NCBI GenBank assembly: GCA_050246815.1
Contig: JBFWVI010000016.1
Coordinates: forward strand, 1 to 60,361
DNA length: 60,361 nucleotides
From: Bdellovibrionales bacterium
GTDB lineage: Bacteria; Bdellovibrionota; Bdellovibrionia; Bdellovibrionales; UBA1609
Direction of reading: 5' to 3'
Shown here one piece after another: positions 18,902 through 27,784 of the stretch (positions are counted from its first letter, which is position 1; the number at the start of each line of letters is the position of its first letter). A program made the position numbers and the translations under genes. Under the pieces are notes generated by a model. It was not told where the DNA came from and searched no databases. It saw only the letters and a list, made by a program, of their open reading frames with translations.

Positions 18902-21604
18902 CTACTTGGTTGTCATCACATAAACGCCATCCCAATCACTGGGGGGCGGGGTGGTCAAATACTCTTGGCAGCGTTCGACGTAAAGCTTTGAAACCGGATC
19001 CTCTGTGCGCACCTGAAGGGCTTTTTGGAAGGACCCGATAGCATGGGTCCATTGCTTTTGGTGGTAATGGCCAAAGCCCTCGTTGTACCACTTTAAAAGT
19101 TCTGCGGTGGCACTGTCGGCTTGGCCCTCACTTAGTAATTCATAGATTTTGACTGGTTGTTGTTTGCCCTTGACTCGCACCCAATCCAGTTCGCGGCAGA
19201 CAAAACTGTCTTTGACTTCCAGATAGGTGAATTCGCTGATGACGATGCGGGTGCCGTATTCCTTGTTGATGCCTTCTAGGCGGGAGGCCAAATTGACCGC
19301 GTCGCCCATCACGGTGTAGCTGCGTACGGTTTGTGAACCCATGTTGCCCACCGAAACTTCGCCGGTGTTCAAGCCGATGCCTAGGTCGATGATGGGCAAA
19401 TTTTTGGCTTTGAATTCAGCTTGCAGCTCGAACAGCTTTTTTAGATGTTGAAGAGCGCAGCGGCAGGCATCTTTGGCGTGATCGGGGTGCGGGATGGGAG
19501 CGCCGAAGAAAGCCATAATGGCGTCACCCATGTATTTGTCTAGGGTGCCGCGGGTTGAAAACACTAAATCCGTCATGGGCGTCAGGTAGGCATTCAGCAA
19601 GTCGCTGAGCGCGCGCGGGTCCAGCTTTTCTGAGATCGTGGTGAAGCCGCGCACGTCGCTGAAAAAGACGGTGACTTTGGCTTTGCGACCACCCAGCTCG
19701 ATTTTGCTGGGGTCAGATAAAATTTCTTCGACAATGGCAGGGGACACATATTTGGCAAAAGTGCTGCGCAATTCTTTTTTATGACGCTCTTCCGTGAAGT
19801 ACTTGTACGAGATCAGAACAATAAAGAGGGCCAAAATCAAAGTCAGCGGCAGAATGATCGTGACCACTGTGCCACGGCCGAACAGCAAATAGCGATCAAC
19901 CAAAGCGATCGCGGCAAACAAGCTTGCGGCAAGTGTCAGACCGGCCACAGAACCCAAGTGTGAAAGTGCAAAAGATAAAATGACGCCAAGCAGGCCCAAG
20001 CCCACCAGCATGACTAACTCTTCCCAAGGCGCGCTGACCAAAAAATCTTTTCTGATCAAGTTGTCGATGACCGTGACGTGAGTTTCTGCTCCGGGAAAAT
20101 TTTCTTCGAAGGGGGTGACACGCAAATCATAAATTCCGATGGCGGTCGCGCCCACCACAAAAATCTTATCCTTCATGAAGTCGGATTTTTTAGCTTTGTG
20201 TTCGTTGACCACCCAGCCGCCGCCGGGTTTAGGCTCGCGCAGCGAATAAGTGAGCTCATCACCTTCGGTCAGCATTTCAGCCATGCTGACGTAAGGGAAC
20301 ATCATCTGCTTGCCCGCATAATTGATGGCCAAGCGCCCGCCCGGGTCCACAGGTATATTGAACACGGGCTCGCCATCCTCGTTGAGCACCTGAAGCTTGT
20401 CGATTTCTTGTTGGCGGGTGGCGGCGTTGTACTTGAAGTTGACCTGCGCGTTGTAATTGTTGGCCAGAAGAAAAGCCTTCAAAGCGATTGAGGGCATATA
20501 GGTGTGGCCACTGCGCAAAATGATATTGCTGCGGCGGATGGTGCCATCGGGGTCTTGCTTGGCGATAAAATAGCCGGTGTTAAAAGATTCTTCGCCCTCA
20601 GTCAGGCGGGGGATGTTCATGGTCCATTGGCTGACCAGGGGGACCGCATTGCGCGCACTGACCGAACGAATAAAAGCGATCCACGCATCAAAAGTGGGGT
20701 ATTTTTCGCGGAAGGAGTCATCTTCCGCGCCTAAAACCGCGGCCCAATTTTCATTTAAGGCTTCATAGGTCTCATCATGTGTTTTGTCCAAGAAGTTGGT
20801 GCAATAGTTCACTTGCTTTTGCAGAATTTCGGATTGCAGGGCGTATTCTTCGCTTGAGTTTTGTGGTCGGTTTCCCTCGGTCAGGGTTTCTGCGATTTGC
20901 TGCAAGTGATTGCGATAGAAATCCTTTAAGGTTTGGGGCAGTTCGGGCGGGCCGTTTTGCACGATGATGCCGGATTGTTCTTTGTTGAGCCACAAATCCG
21001 AAGCGGGTTGCAGCGAAAAAATCAAATCAAAGCAGTAATCAAAGGTTTCTTGCTCGGGCACCTGTTCATTTTGCGGACCGAACGAGCCGAGCACTAAATT
21101 TTTATTGTAGGCCGAAAAAACTTTAGCCAGGGCCGCGTCACCATCGCGATTTTTGATTTCCTCTTCAATCTTTTGTTTGGTTTCAGGGGGGAAGTCGACT
21201 TTGCTCTCAAGCTTCTGAATAGCTTCGGCAAGCTGGTTGTTTGAGGCTTCTGAAAAAACCACGTCAAAGGCCAGCACTTTCGCGCCGTGCTTCACGGCGT
21301 TTTCGATCGCCTTAGCGGTCACATCGCGGGGCCACGGCCAGCGGCCCACGGTGGCCACGGCCTTTTCATCGACGGTCAGCAGTCCGACTTGGATGGTACC
21401 GCTTCTTTCGCCTCGTTGTTTGAGTCGAAAATCAACGGATTTTTGGTGAGCCATGGAAAGAAATTGTTGCAGCGTGGTTTTGTCATCTTCATGGCCAAGG
21501 TTGGCGAAGTAAGTCGAAGCCACCCAAACAAAAGAGGCCGTGACATAAAGACCAACGGCGGTGGGGGAATAAAGATGCTTGAGCCAGGCCAAACGCTCTT
21601 TCAT
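18902..21604 (-). CDS. CHASE2-domain class III adenylate/guanylate cyclase
   Basis: VDE....GRWPWPR, FDVVF, D.DG..RR, PGAE.H; three TM helices; FSDVRGFT, DKYMGDA, YTVMGDAVNLASRLEG, VKGK; C-terminal TPR with WDGV. Confidence 0.93.
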   Translation of the reverse strand: MKERLAWLKHLYSPTAVGLYVTASFVWVASTYFANLGHEDDKTTLQQFLSMAHQKSVDFRLKQRGERSGTIQVGLLTVDEKAVATVGRWPWPRDVTAKAIENAVKHGAKVLAFDVVFSEASNNQLAEAIQKLESKVDFPPETKQKIEEEIKNRDGDAALAKVFSAYNKNLVLGSFGPQNEQVPEQETFDYCFDLIFSLQPASDLWLNKEQSGIIVQNGPPELPQTLKDFYRNHLQQIAETLTEGNRPQNSSEEYALQSEILQKQVNYCTNFLDKTHDETYEALNENWAAVLGAEDDSFREKYPTFDAWIAFIRSVSARNAVPLVSQWTMNIPRLTEGEESFNTGYFIAKQDPDGTIRRSNIILRSGHTYMPSIALKAFLLANNYNAQVNFKYNAATRQQEIDKLQVLNEDGEPVFNIPVDPGGRLAINYAGKQMMFPYVSMAEMLTEGDELTYSLREPKPGGGWVVNEHKAKKSDFMKDKIFVVGATAIGIYDLRVTPFEENFPGAETHVTVIDNLIRKDFLVSAPWEELVMLVGLGLLGVILSFALSHLGSVAGLTLAASLFAAIALVDRYLLFGRGTVVTIILPLTLILALFIVLISYKYFTEERHKKELRSTFAKYVSPAIVEEILSDPSKIELGGRKAKVTVFFSDVRGFTTISEKLDPRALSDLLNAYLTPMTDLVFSTRGTLDKYMGDAIMAFFGAPIPHPDHAKDACRCALQHLKKLFELQAEFKAKNLPIIDLGIGLNTGEVSVGNMGSQTVRSYTVMGDAVNLASRLEGINKEYGTRIVISEFTYLEVKDSFVCRELDWVRVKGKQQPVKIYELLSEGQADSATAELLKWYNEGFGHYHQKQWTHAIGSFQKALQVRTEDPVSKLYVERCQEYLTTPPPSDWDGVYVMTTK

Positions 21605-21698
21605 GGTGTGTCCTTCACAGCTGACGTGCTTTAATCCCTATTCTAAGGAGGCGTGGCTGAGAAGACAAACAACATGTAGGACGAATGGCTAGTCGTAG

Positions 21699-21726
21699 TT
21701 GGCAGCAGCCAAGTTCGGATTATAAT
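21699..21726 (+). promoter_or_regulatory. Sigma70-type promoter for the STAS gene
   Basis: TTGGCA-N16-TATAAT. Confidence 0.55.
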
Positions 21727-21748
21727 GAAAGTAACAGAGGTGTCTATC

Positions 21749-22150
21749 ATGGAAGCATGGATCGAACGTTCGGGCGATGTGGTCGTGGTGCATCTAAAGG
21801 GTCGTGTTGATTATGAGTCCACGGAGCCCTTTCGCGCTCACTGCGCAAGGCACTTATCGCAAGAGAAAGTGGTCTTCAATCTGCAAGAGCTCAGTTTTGT
21901 TGGCTCGATTGGGATCACGGACTTTGTTTCGACAGTCACGGATCTGGCTAATGGCAGTCAGGCGGGCATCAAATTCGCAGCCATGGGTAATGAATTCCGT
22001 CGCATTTTTGAGGCTAGTCAAATGATGAGACTTGAAATTTATGAATCAACAGACCGGGCCTTATTGGCGTTTCAAGGCGCTGAAGTTTCTCCGTTGCCAC
22101 GCTTATCAGCCGATGAAGAGACAAATTCCGAAGCGCCCGCTGGTAATTGA
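21749..22150 (+). CDS. STAS-domain anti-sigma factor antagonist
   Basis: VV.L.GR.D and VVFNL..LSFVGS.GI (phosphorylatable Ser position); GAGG RBS before ATG 21749. Confidence 0.85.
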   Translation: MEAWIERSGDVVVVHLKGRVDYESTEPFRAHCARHLSQEKVVFNLQELSFVGSIGITDFVSTVTDLANGSQAGIKFAAMGNEFRRIFEASQMMRLEIYESTDRALLAFQGAEVSPLPRLSADEETNSEAPAGN

Positions 22151-23460
22151 CGCTTGAATCCAGACTGAATTTCAGCGATCAGGGTATCAATTTTTGAAAG
22201 TACACGCGAAGACGTCGCCTCTTCTGGTGATCCGGTAGCGGGGTCGCCTTCGATGAAATTCAACTGAGCACTTCGCCCCATCATCTGCAGCTGTCCTTTG
22301 ATTTCTTTCATGCGCTCGCTGGTGCTGACACTTTGAGCTTCCAACTGGGCCTTGAGTTGTGCGATTTCGTGGCGTTGCTGCTGCAGATTCGTGCTTAGTT
22401 GTTGGTTCAAGCTTTGTAGGGCCGCATTTTTATTGTTGGTCTTTTCGATTTGCGTCTGGCTGTCTTGCCACAGCAATTGAAGCGTTTCGACCTGATCGAT
22501 AAATTTGGTGTTTTGCTCTTTTAAAGTTTGGCGTTCTGCGACTACGTCGGCGTAGTTTTTCTGTAAATTCTCCACTTCGATCAGGCTGGTTTTGTGTTGT
22601 GTGCGTAAGTCTGAAATTTCAATTTGCAAAAGTGCGAGCTCTTTTTCGCTGTTTTGGCGATACTCGGAAAATTGACGTTGCTCATGGATCAAACGATTTT
22701 CGAAAGCCACAGTTTTTTCAAACAGCGCTTGATAGTCGTCAGTCTTTTGCGCGTAAGCGCGATTTTCGTTTTCTAATTTTTGGGTTTGATCGCGAAGTTC
22801 TTTTAGCGAAGATTCGTAATTTTCTACCAATTGTTTTTGGTTTTGGTTCGCCTGTTTGGCCATGTTTTGAATACGGGTGGCGGCTTCGCCAAGGCGATTT
22901 TTGAGTTCGCGCGAGGTTTCTTCTTCACGATGCCAGCGTATCTGTAGGTTTTGCAGCTTCAACTTCGTTTGCCTGGCGGCTTTTACAATTCGACGACGAT
23001 AGCGTAAGAAGCGCTCAAGCCGTGTGCCTAAATTTTCAATCTGTTCAGTTAAAACTCGAGTGCGGTCTTTGCTGGTGACATAGAGTTCGGCAAATTGCGT
23101 CTCGAGTAGTTGCAACTGATCGCGTGCTTCACGGGCGTTATTTTCATGCTCCGAATAGCGTTCTACAAGGACGCGGTCTTTTTGCTGCAGCACCAGGGCT
23201 TCGTCCTGAGCCAAACTGACTTTGTGTTGTAGCGCCTGTTGGGTTTGTTCAAGCTCGCTGATGCGATTTTCAAGCAGAGCCGCTCTTCGCATAGCAACGC
23301 CCAAACGAGCCATCAAATCTTCATTTTGATTAGCCAATGCTTCGACCGCTCCCGAACGTAAAATCTGCGGCGGCAGTTGTGTCAAATCAAGACGGGTGGG
23401 TATTTGACTGGGGACCGGAATATTCTGGACCTCGATTTCATCCATGATACCTGTCGTCAT
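22072..23460 (-). CDS. Long coiled-coil hypothetical protein
   Basis: Q/E/L/K-rich heptads over about 350 aa; LANQNEDLMARL near the N-terminus; GGAG RBS. Confidence 0.8.
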   Translation of the reverse strand: MTTGIMDEIEVQNIPVPSQIPTRLDLTQLPPQILRSGAVEALANQNEDLMARLGVAMRRAALLENRISELEQTQQALQHKVSLAQDEALVLQQKDRVLVERYSEHENNAREARDQLQLLETQFAELYVTSKDRTRVLTEQIENLGTRLERFLRYRRRIVKAARQTKLKLQNLQIRWHREEETSRELKNRLGEAATRIQNMAKQANQNQKQLVENYESSLKELRDQTQKLENENRAYAQKTDDYQALFEKTVAFENRLIHEQRQFSEYRQNSEKELALLQIEISDLRTQHKTSLIEVENLQKNYADVVAERQTLKEQNTKFIDQVETLQLLWQDSQTQIEKTNNKNAALQSLNQQLSTNLQQQRHEIAQLKAQLEAQSVSTSERMKEIKGQLQMMGRSAQLNFIEGDPATGSPEEATSSRVLSKIDTLIAEIQSGFKRQLPAGASEFVSSSADKRGNGETSAP

Positions 23461-23566
23461 TCTGACTCCTGGTGATAGGCCGACCTTGGCCTTAGGGACT
23501 ATTGTCGCAAAAAAAGACAGTCTTTGTCAAAAATTAGACCCCATGGTCTGGGATACGAAATTCATT

Positions 23567-23593
23567 CATCGTCGACCTTGGTCCAGCCGATAA
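23567..23593 (+). promoter_or_regulatory. Sigma28-type promoter
   Basis: Perfect GCCGATAA at 23586-23593; weak -35 (CATC) at 15-nt spacing; ATG follows 6 nt later. Confidence 0.5.
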
Positions 23594-23599
23594 AGAAAT

Positions 23600-24193
23600 A
23601 TGCAAAACTCTAGCGCGGTCGTCGACTATCAGGCCATTGAAGCTGAGCGGCTGAACCAAATTCAGCGGTCGATCACGGATCAATTGAGTCAGACCAAGGA
23701 CTTGGGCGTCAATGACAGCCTTCGCCACGTGGTCTTGCATAATGTGGCGACCGCCAATTATGATTTGGCTCGTCGTGAAATTGATCGCTACGTGGCCGAA
23801 AAGAGCAACTATCCGAACTTCCAACATCGGGTGGATCGCTATCGCAGTTACGCGCTTGATTTAGTGAATGGTATCGAGGCCAAACGCAACTTCCCGGGCC
23901 TGGCCAGTTTGCCTTTGGCTAAACAACAAGAGATTTATGAAAAGGTCATGGAGCACTTTGAGGACTTGAAAGCCAACCTCAAACAAATTGAGCGCCATGA
24001 AAAAGAAGCCAAACTGGATGATATTCGTTCGACCTCATGGGTTTTAAAAGCCTTGATGAACAGCTTATTTTTTATTGTGGCGTTTGGTTTTGCGATCGAC
24101 ATGAAAAACGGTCTGGCCCAGTCTTTCACCACAGTTTTAGATGTTGTTTTGAGCAGCGCTGTGGAATCCATTTTCCGACTGATTGGCTGGTAA
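23600..24193 (+). CDS. Hypothetical helical protein with a C-terminal membrane segment
   Basis: 197-aa ORF followed by a terminator; hydrophobic segment SLFFIVAFGFAI. Confidence 0.75.
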   Translation: MQNSSAVVDYQAIEAERLNQIQRSITDQLSQTKDLGVNDSLRHVVLHNVATANYDLARREIDRYVAEKSNYPNFQHRVDRYRSYALDLVNGIEAKRNFPGLASLPLAKQQEIYEKVMEHFEDLKANLKQIERHEKEAKLDDIRSTSWVLKALMNSLFFIVAFGFAIDMKNGLAQSFTTVLDVVLSSAVESIFRLIGW

Positions 24194-24213
24194 AATTTCT
24201 CTTTAAAAAAAAG

Positions 24214-24242
24214 AAAAAAGCCGCCTCTTGGGCGGCCTTTTT
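24214..24242. terminator. Bidirectional intrinsic terminator
   Basis: A-tract, GCCGCC-TCTTG-GGCGGC hairpin, T-tract, between convergent genes. Confidence 0.8.
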
Positions 24243-24292
24243 GCTTTTCGCCAAAAAGCTGGCGGAGCAATTTTTGGCTGGTGATCGTTTGA

Positions 24293-24697
24293 TTACTGGC
24301 AGTAGACCGGCTGCATGGCTTGATTGTACACGGTGTAACCGCGGCAATCGGCGCCGTTGCAATAAATCGGAATCATCTGACCTTGATAAGGATAGAAATA
24401 GTAACCCACGCAAGTGCCACCAGTATTGCCAGTGTTTTGGCAGAAACTGATATTCACAGCTTGGGGCGGGTTGCTGCCGGTAACGTAGCAAACATTGTTT
24501 TGTAAGTAGTAACCGCTGTTCGTGTTATTGCAGTAACTGGTCGGTACTTGTGACCCGTTGCTGGCATAACAGATGCCGTTACTCATATAGTAACCGCTAG
24601 TAACGCTAGACTTGGACTTTTTGTCCTGTCCGCAAGCGGTCAAGATAAGGACTGGGATCACGAGCATTACCTTTAGGAACATCATTTTTGTTTTCAT
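24293..24697 (-). CDS. Small Cys/Tyr/Asn-rich lipoprotein
   Basis: Lipobox LTA-C; 8 further Cys in repeated GYY..N..CY / C.GY...YC modules; GGAGG RBS. Confidence 0.8.
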   Translation of the reverse strand: MKTKMMFLKVMLVIPVLILTACGQDKKSKSSVTSGYYMSNGICYASNGSQVPTSYCNNTNSGYYLQNNVCYVTGSNPPQAVNISFCQNTGNTGGTCVGYYFYPYQGQMIPIYCNGADCRGYTVYNQAMQPVYCQ

Positions 24698-24729
24698 AAA
24701 CTTGTGCCTCCGCGCACACCCTTCTAAAA

Positions 24730-24745
24730 AGCAACCTTAGGGCCA
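24730..24745 (-). promoter_or_regulatory. Sigma54 (-24/-12) promoter
   Basis: Minus strand TGGCCCTAAGGTTGCT, i.e. GG-N10-GC with TGGC and TTGCT. Confidence 0.7.
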
Positions 24746-24806
24746 GCTGTGCCAACAGGTTTTAACCTATTGAAATGGCAAGACTTTGTGTGCGAATTGG
24801 GCCTGC

Positions 24807-24841
24807 GTCTCAAACTGAGATTAAGTGTCAATTTCTTAGAT
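24807..24841. promoter_or_regulatory. Palindromic upstream activator-like site(s)
   Basis: GTCTCA-AAC-TGAGAT at 24807-24821 and a weaker copy GTCAAT-TTC-TTAGAT at 24827-24841, upstream of the sigma54 site. Confidence 0.5.
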
Positions 24842-24912
24842 TTGCCGTAAAAGGGCACCATTTTGAATCGGGTGCCTGCGGCGATTAAATGAGTAAGAGA
24901 CTTGGAGACCCC

Positions 24913-26109
24913 TTATTTTTGATCTGAGAGGCTGGCTTTCAGTGCCGAGAGTACGGGAAGAAGCTGCGCCTTCTCTAACTTTTTGCCATTTGCATAAATT
25001 GAGGGCGTTCCCATAACTTTGGCCGCCACACCTTGTTCGGCCTGAGCCCTGAGATTGGCTTCGGTGGCGGGATCTTTAAGACAGGTATTCATAGCCGCCC
25101 AATCCAAATTTTGTTCAGTCATACGGGATTTAAGTTCCGTATTGATGGTTTCGGGCGTGCTGAGGGCCTGAAATTTCTCTTGGTTTTCAAAAATTTGGTC
25201 GTGGGCCTGCCAGCCCCGATCTTGTTGGGCTGCGCAAATGACCAGCTTGGCCAGATGACATGATATTCCATCGCCGTGCTTTAGGGCGGGGTTGCAGGTG
25301 CTATCCAGCGGAAAGCTGTAAAATACCAACCGCACATCGGGGTTCGCATTGACGAAGGCTTTCAGCGAGGGGGCGGCGTGTTTGCAGTGGCCACAGCGAA
25401 AATCAGCGAATTCGGTCAAAGTCAGCTTCGCGTTTTCAACAGAAGCGCCCTTTGTCAGGCTTGGCGTGGCCGTCCAGGTGACAGAGGGGCCAGTTTGCCA
25501 ATCATTAATGGACCCTTTGACCACGCGGCTGAGCTCTTCAGCGCCGTAGTTCTGCATCATTCCGATATGCACAAGACCCGCGCCGATCGGTACGGCTGCA
25601 AGCCATAGTAAAAAACTTTTTTGCTCAGTGAACCAAGCTCGCAGATCCGAGCCTAAAAATTTCCAAGGAGATTCGGACTGAGCCAGGAGTAAGGCGCCAA
25701 AGGCAATCAACGAAAGCACATAAGCGCCGATGCAAAATAGGCAAGCCGATGAAAGCTTTGTCAGAGTGATCGTGCCCATGATCAGTGTGGCAGCCACGGA
25801 GCCTATTGACATCCAGAAGGGCTCTCGCCAATTGCGCGCCGAATCACCGCGCAGGCCCAGCCAATTGAACAAAACCATAACGAACAAAATTAAATTGTAA
25901 ACGGCTCCAAATGCGGCAACAGGAATACCAAAAATTGCGGCATAGGGGCTAGCACTGACCGCATCACAATCAAACTTTGCGCCGACGCTGCAAAGGCTGG
26001 GGGCGCCACCAAAGCCAAGTTGAAGGGGATAATAATGAGCCGTCAGGTAGCCATGCAGCACGACCGAAAGACCCAAGGCGAATAAGGCGATAAAAATTTT
26101 TTGCTTCAT
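24913..26109 (-). CDS. VKOR-family membrane protein fused to a DsbA/thioredoxin domain
   Basis: C......DC..V..S.YA...GIP, CLFC (VKOR active site); EFADF.CGHC, FPLD..CN, GTP (cis-Pro loop). Confidence 0.92.
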   Translation of the reverse strand: MKQKIFIALFALGLSVVLHGYLTAHYYPLQLGFGGAPSLCSVGAKFDCDAVSASPYAAIFGIPVAAFGAVYNLILFVMVLFNWLGLRGDSARNWREPFWMSIGSVAATLIMGTITLTKLSSACLFCIGAYVLSLIAFGALLLAQSESPWKFLGSDLRAWFTEQKSFLLWLAAVPIGAGLVHIGMMQNYGAEELSRVVKGSINDWQTGPSVTWTATPSLTKGASVENAKLTLTEFADFRCGHCKHAAPSLKAFVNANPDVRLVFYSFPLDSTCNPALKHGDGISCHLAKLVICAAQQDRGWQAHDQIFENQEKFQALSTPETINTELKSRMTEQNLDWAAMNTCLKDPATEANLRAQAEQGVAAKVMGTPSIYANGKKLEKAQLLPVLSALKASLSDQK

Positions 26110-26164
26110 GATCGCCGATTAGACTCGATGGTCATAAAAAGCGCAAGCACTGCAAGCTCTTGAT

Positions 26165-27784
26165 TTGGGCGCCGCACCTTGCCACAATCTGGGGTGGGTG
26201 GGGGCCTTGGGCGTGAGAGCGGAATGGATTAAAACCAGGCAGCAGTTTTTAGCGCAGATCAAGCGCCAGGTGCAAAGTCGTCTGGGGCGAGTTCCTCGTG
26301 ATTTAAACGCCTATATTCGTCGCTACAATGCCGAATTCAATCGACCATGGCAAAAATCTTCGCACGCCGATTTACGAAAATCTGTGGCTGAGTCCGAAGT
26401 GATTTTGGGAGCCGATTTTCACGCTTTTTCACAGTCGCAGCGCATTCATTTGAGGATTCTACGGGAGCTTCCCGTGGAGCGTCCGGTCGTGCTGGCTTTG
26501 GAGGCCTTGGCTGCGACTGACCAAATGGCCATCGATCAGTTTATGTCGGGTAAATTGAGCGAAGCGCAGTTTTTGGCCCAAGTGAAATGGGATCAGGCGT
26601 GGGGATTTCCATTTGAAAATTACAAACCACTGTTTGAGTTGGCTCGCGAGCGTAGGTTTAAGGTGGTGGGATTAAACCGCCATCACACCATGGGTAAAAT
26701 GCTGCATGCCTTGCCTCGTCGGGATCAGTTTGGCGCCGAAGTGATCGCACGCTGGCGCGAGCGACAGCCGAAAGCTTTGATTTATGTGGTCATCGGCGAT
26801 TTGCACCTGGCTTCGGGACACTTGCCGGCGGCCTTGCAGCGCGTGGGCAAATCGCGAGTGCTGACCATTTTGCAAAACTCCGAACATCTTTATTTTCGTC
26901 TGGCTAAGCACGGCCAAGAGCACAAAGTCGATGTGATGCGGGCCAAAGGCGGCCGGTTTTGCGTGTTGGGCTCGCCCCCGTGGGTAAAGTGGCAAAGCTA
27001 TTTGATGTATTTGGAGCAGACATATGACCGTGACATCGATGCGGGTGGGATGGATTACACGGACTATGTGGCCTCATACGCCGTATTTATTGCACGAGAT
27101 CTGGGAGTGCAGGCCAGTTTAGAAGACATGGCTGTATTCACTCCGGATCAGATCAATGTGTGGCGCCAGTTGCAGCGTGGCCTTAAGGCGGATGAAAAGC
27201 GTATGGCCCGTGCCATGATCAAGTGTGATCGCAGTTTTTTGTTGCCGCAAACGGGGGTGTTATTTTTATCACGTGCCTCGATTAATCATGCGGCAACACT
27301 GGCGGGACAGTTTTTACATGCCAATTTGGGTGACCGCACAAAGACGGCCTGGAGTTTTCCAAGTCAGTTCGAGGCACAAATCTGGATCGAGGCGATTGGC
27401 TTTTTTTGCAGCAAATTGATCAACCATAAGCGAAAAGCCGATCAATTGGCGGATCTGAAGACCCAATTAGTCGCGGCGGACCCCAAGGGACGCGGTAAGG
27501 ACGTGCTTCGTTTGGCTTTGGCGCAAAGGTTGAGCGAGTTGACCGGCAAACCACGCAAATTAAATTTTCGCCCACGTCGCAAAGAGGCCTATTTGGAGGC
27601 CGCACGTATTGTCGGGCACATGTTGGGTGATCGGCTTTACCAAACGGTGGCAGATAAACATATGTCCATGAGTGAAGTGGTGCGGTTGATGCAATACGAT
27701 CCCACTGCCGCGGGCTTTCGTGATCTGTATCATGCTTGGGTGGCAAAGATCGATACGGCCTTGAAAGCGCGGGCCGAGCCATGA
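26165..27784 (+). CDS. ChaN (EreA/ChaN/TIKI)-like domain protein
   Basis: V.LG.DFH, LALE, Q..ID.F..G.LSE..FL....W...W.F....YKPL, RD, G..H motifs. Start uncertain. Confidence 0.75.
   Translation: MGAAPCHNLGWVGALGVRAEWIKTRQQFLAQIKRQVQSRLGRVPRDLNAYIRRYNAEFNRPWQKSSHADLRKSVAESEVILGADFHAFSQSQRIHLRILRELPVERPVVLALEALAATDQMAIDQFMSGKLSEAQFLAQVKWDQAWGFPFENYKPLFELARERRFKVVGLNRHHTMGKMLHALPRRDQFGAEVIARWRERQPKALIYVVIGDLHLASGHLPAALQRVGKSRVLTILQNSEHLYFRLAKHGQEHKVDVMRAKGGRFCVLGSPPWVKWQSYLMYLEQTYDRDIDAGGMDYTDYVASYAVFIARDLGVQASLEDMAVFTPDQINVWRQLQRGLKADEKRMARAMIKCDRSFLLPQTGVLFLSRASINHAATLAGQFLHANLGDRTKTAWSFPSQFEAQIWIEAIGFFCSKLINHKRKADQLADLKTQLVAADPKGRGKDVLRLALAQRLSELTGKPRKLNFRPRRKEAYLEAARIVGHMLGDRLYQTVADKHMSMSEVVRLMQYDPTAAGFRDLYHAWVAKIDTALKARAEP

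Noticed and set aside
22072..23460. Coiled coil as SMC or a Wadjet-type defence component
   Set aside because: No Walker motifs, hinge domain or partner genes.
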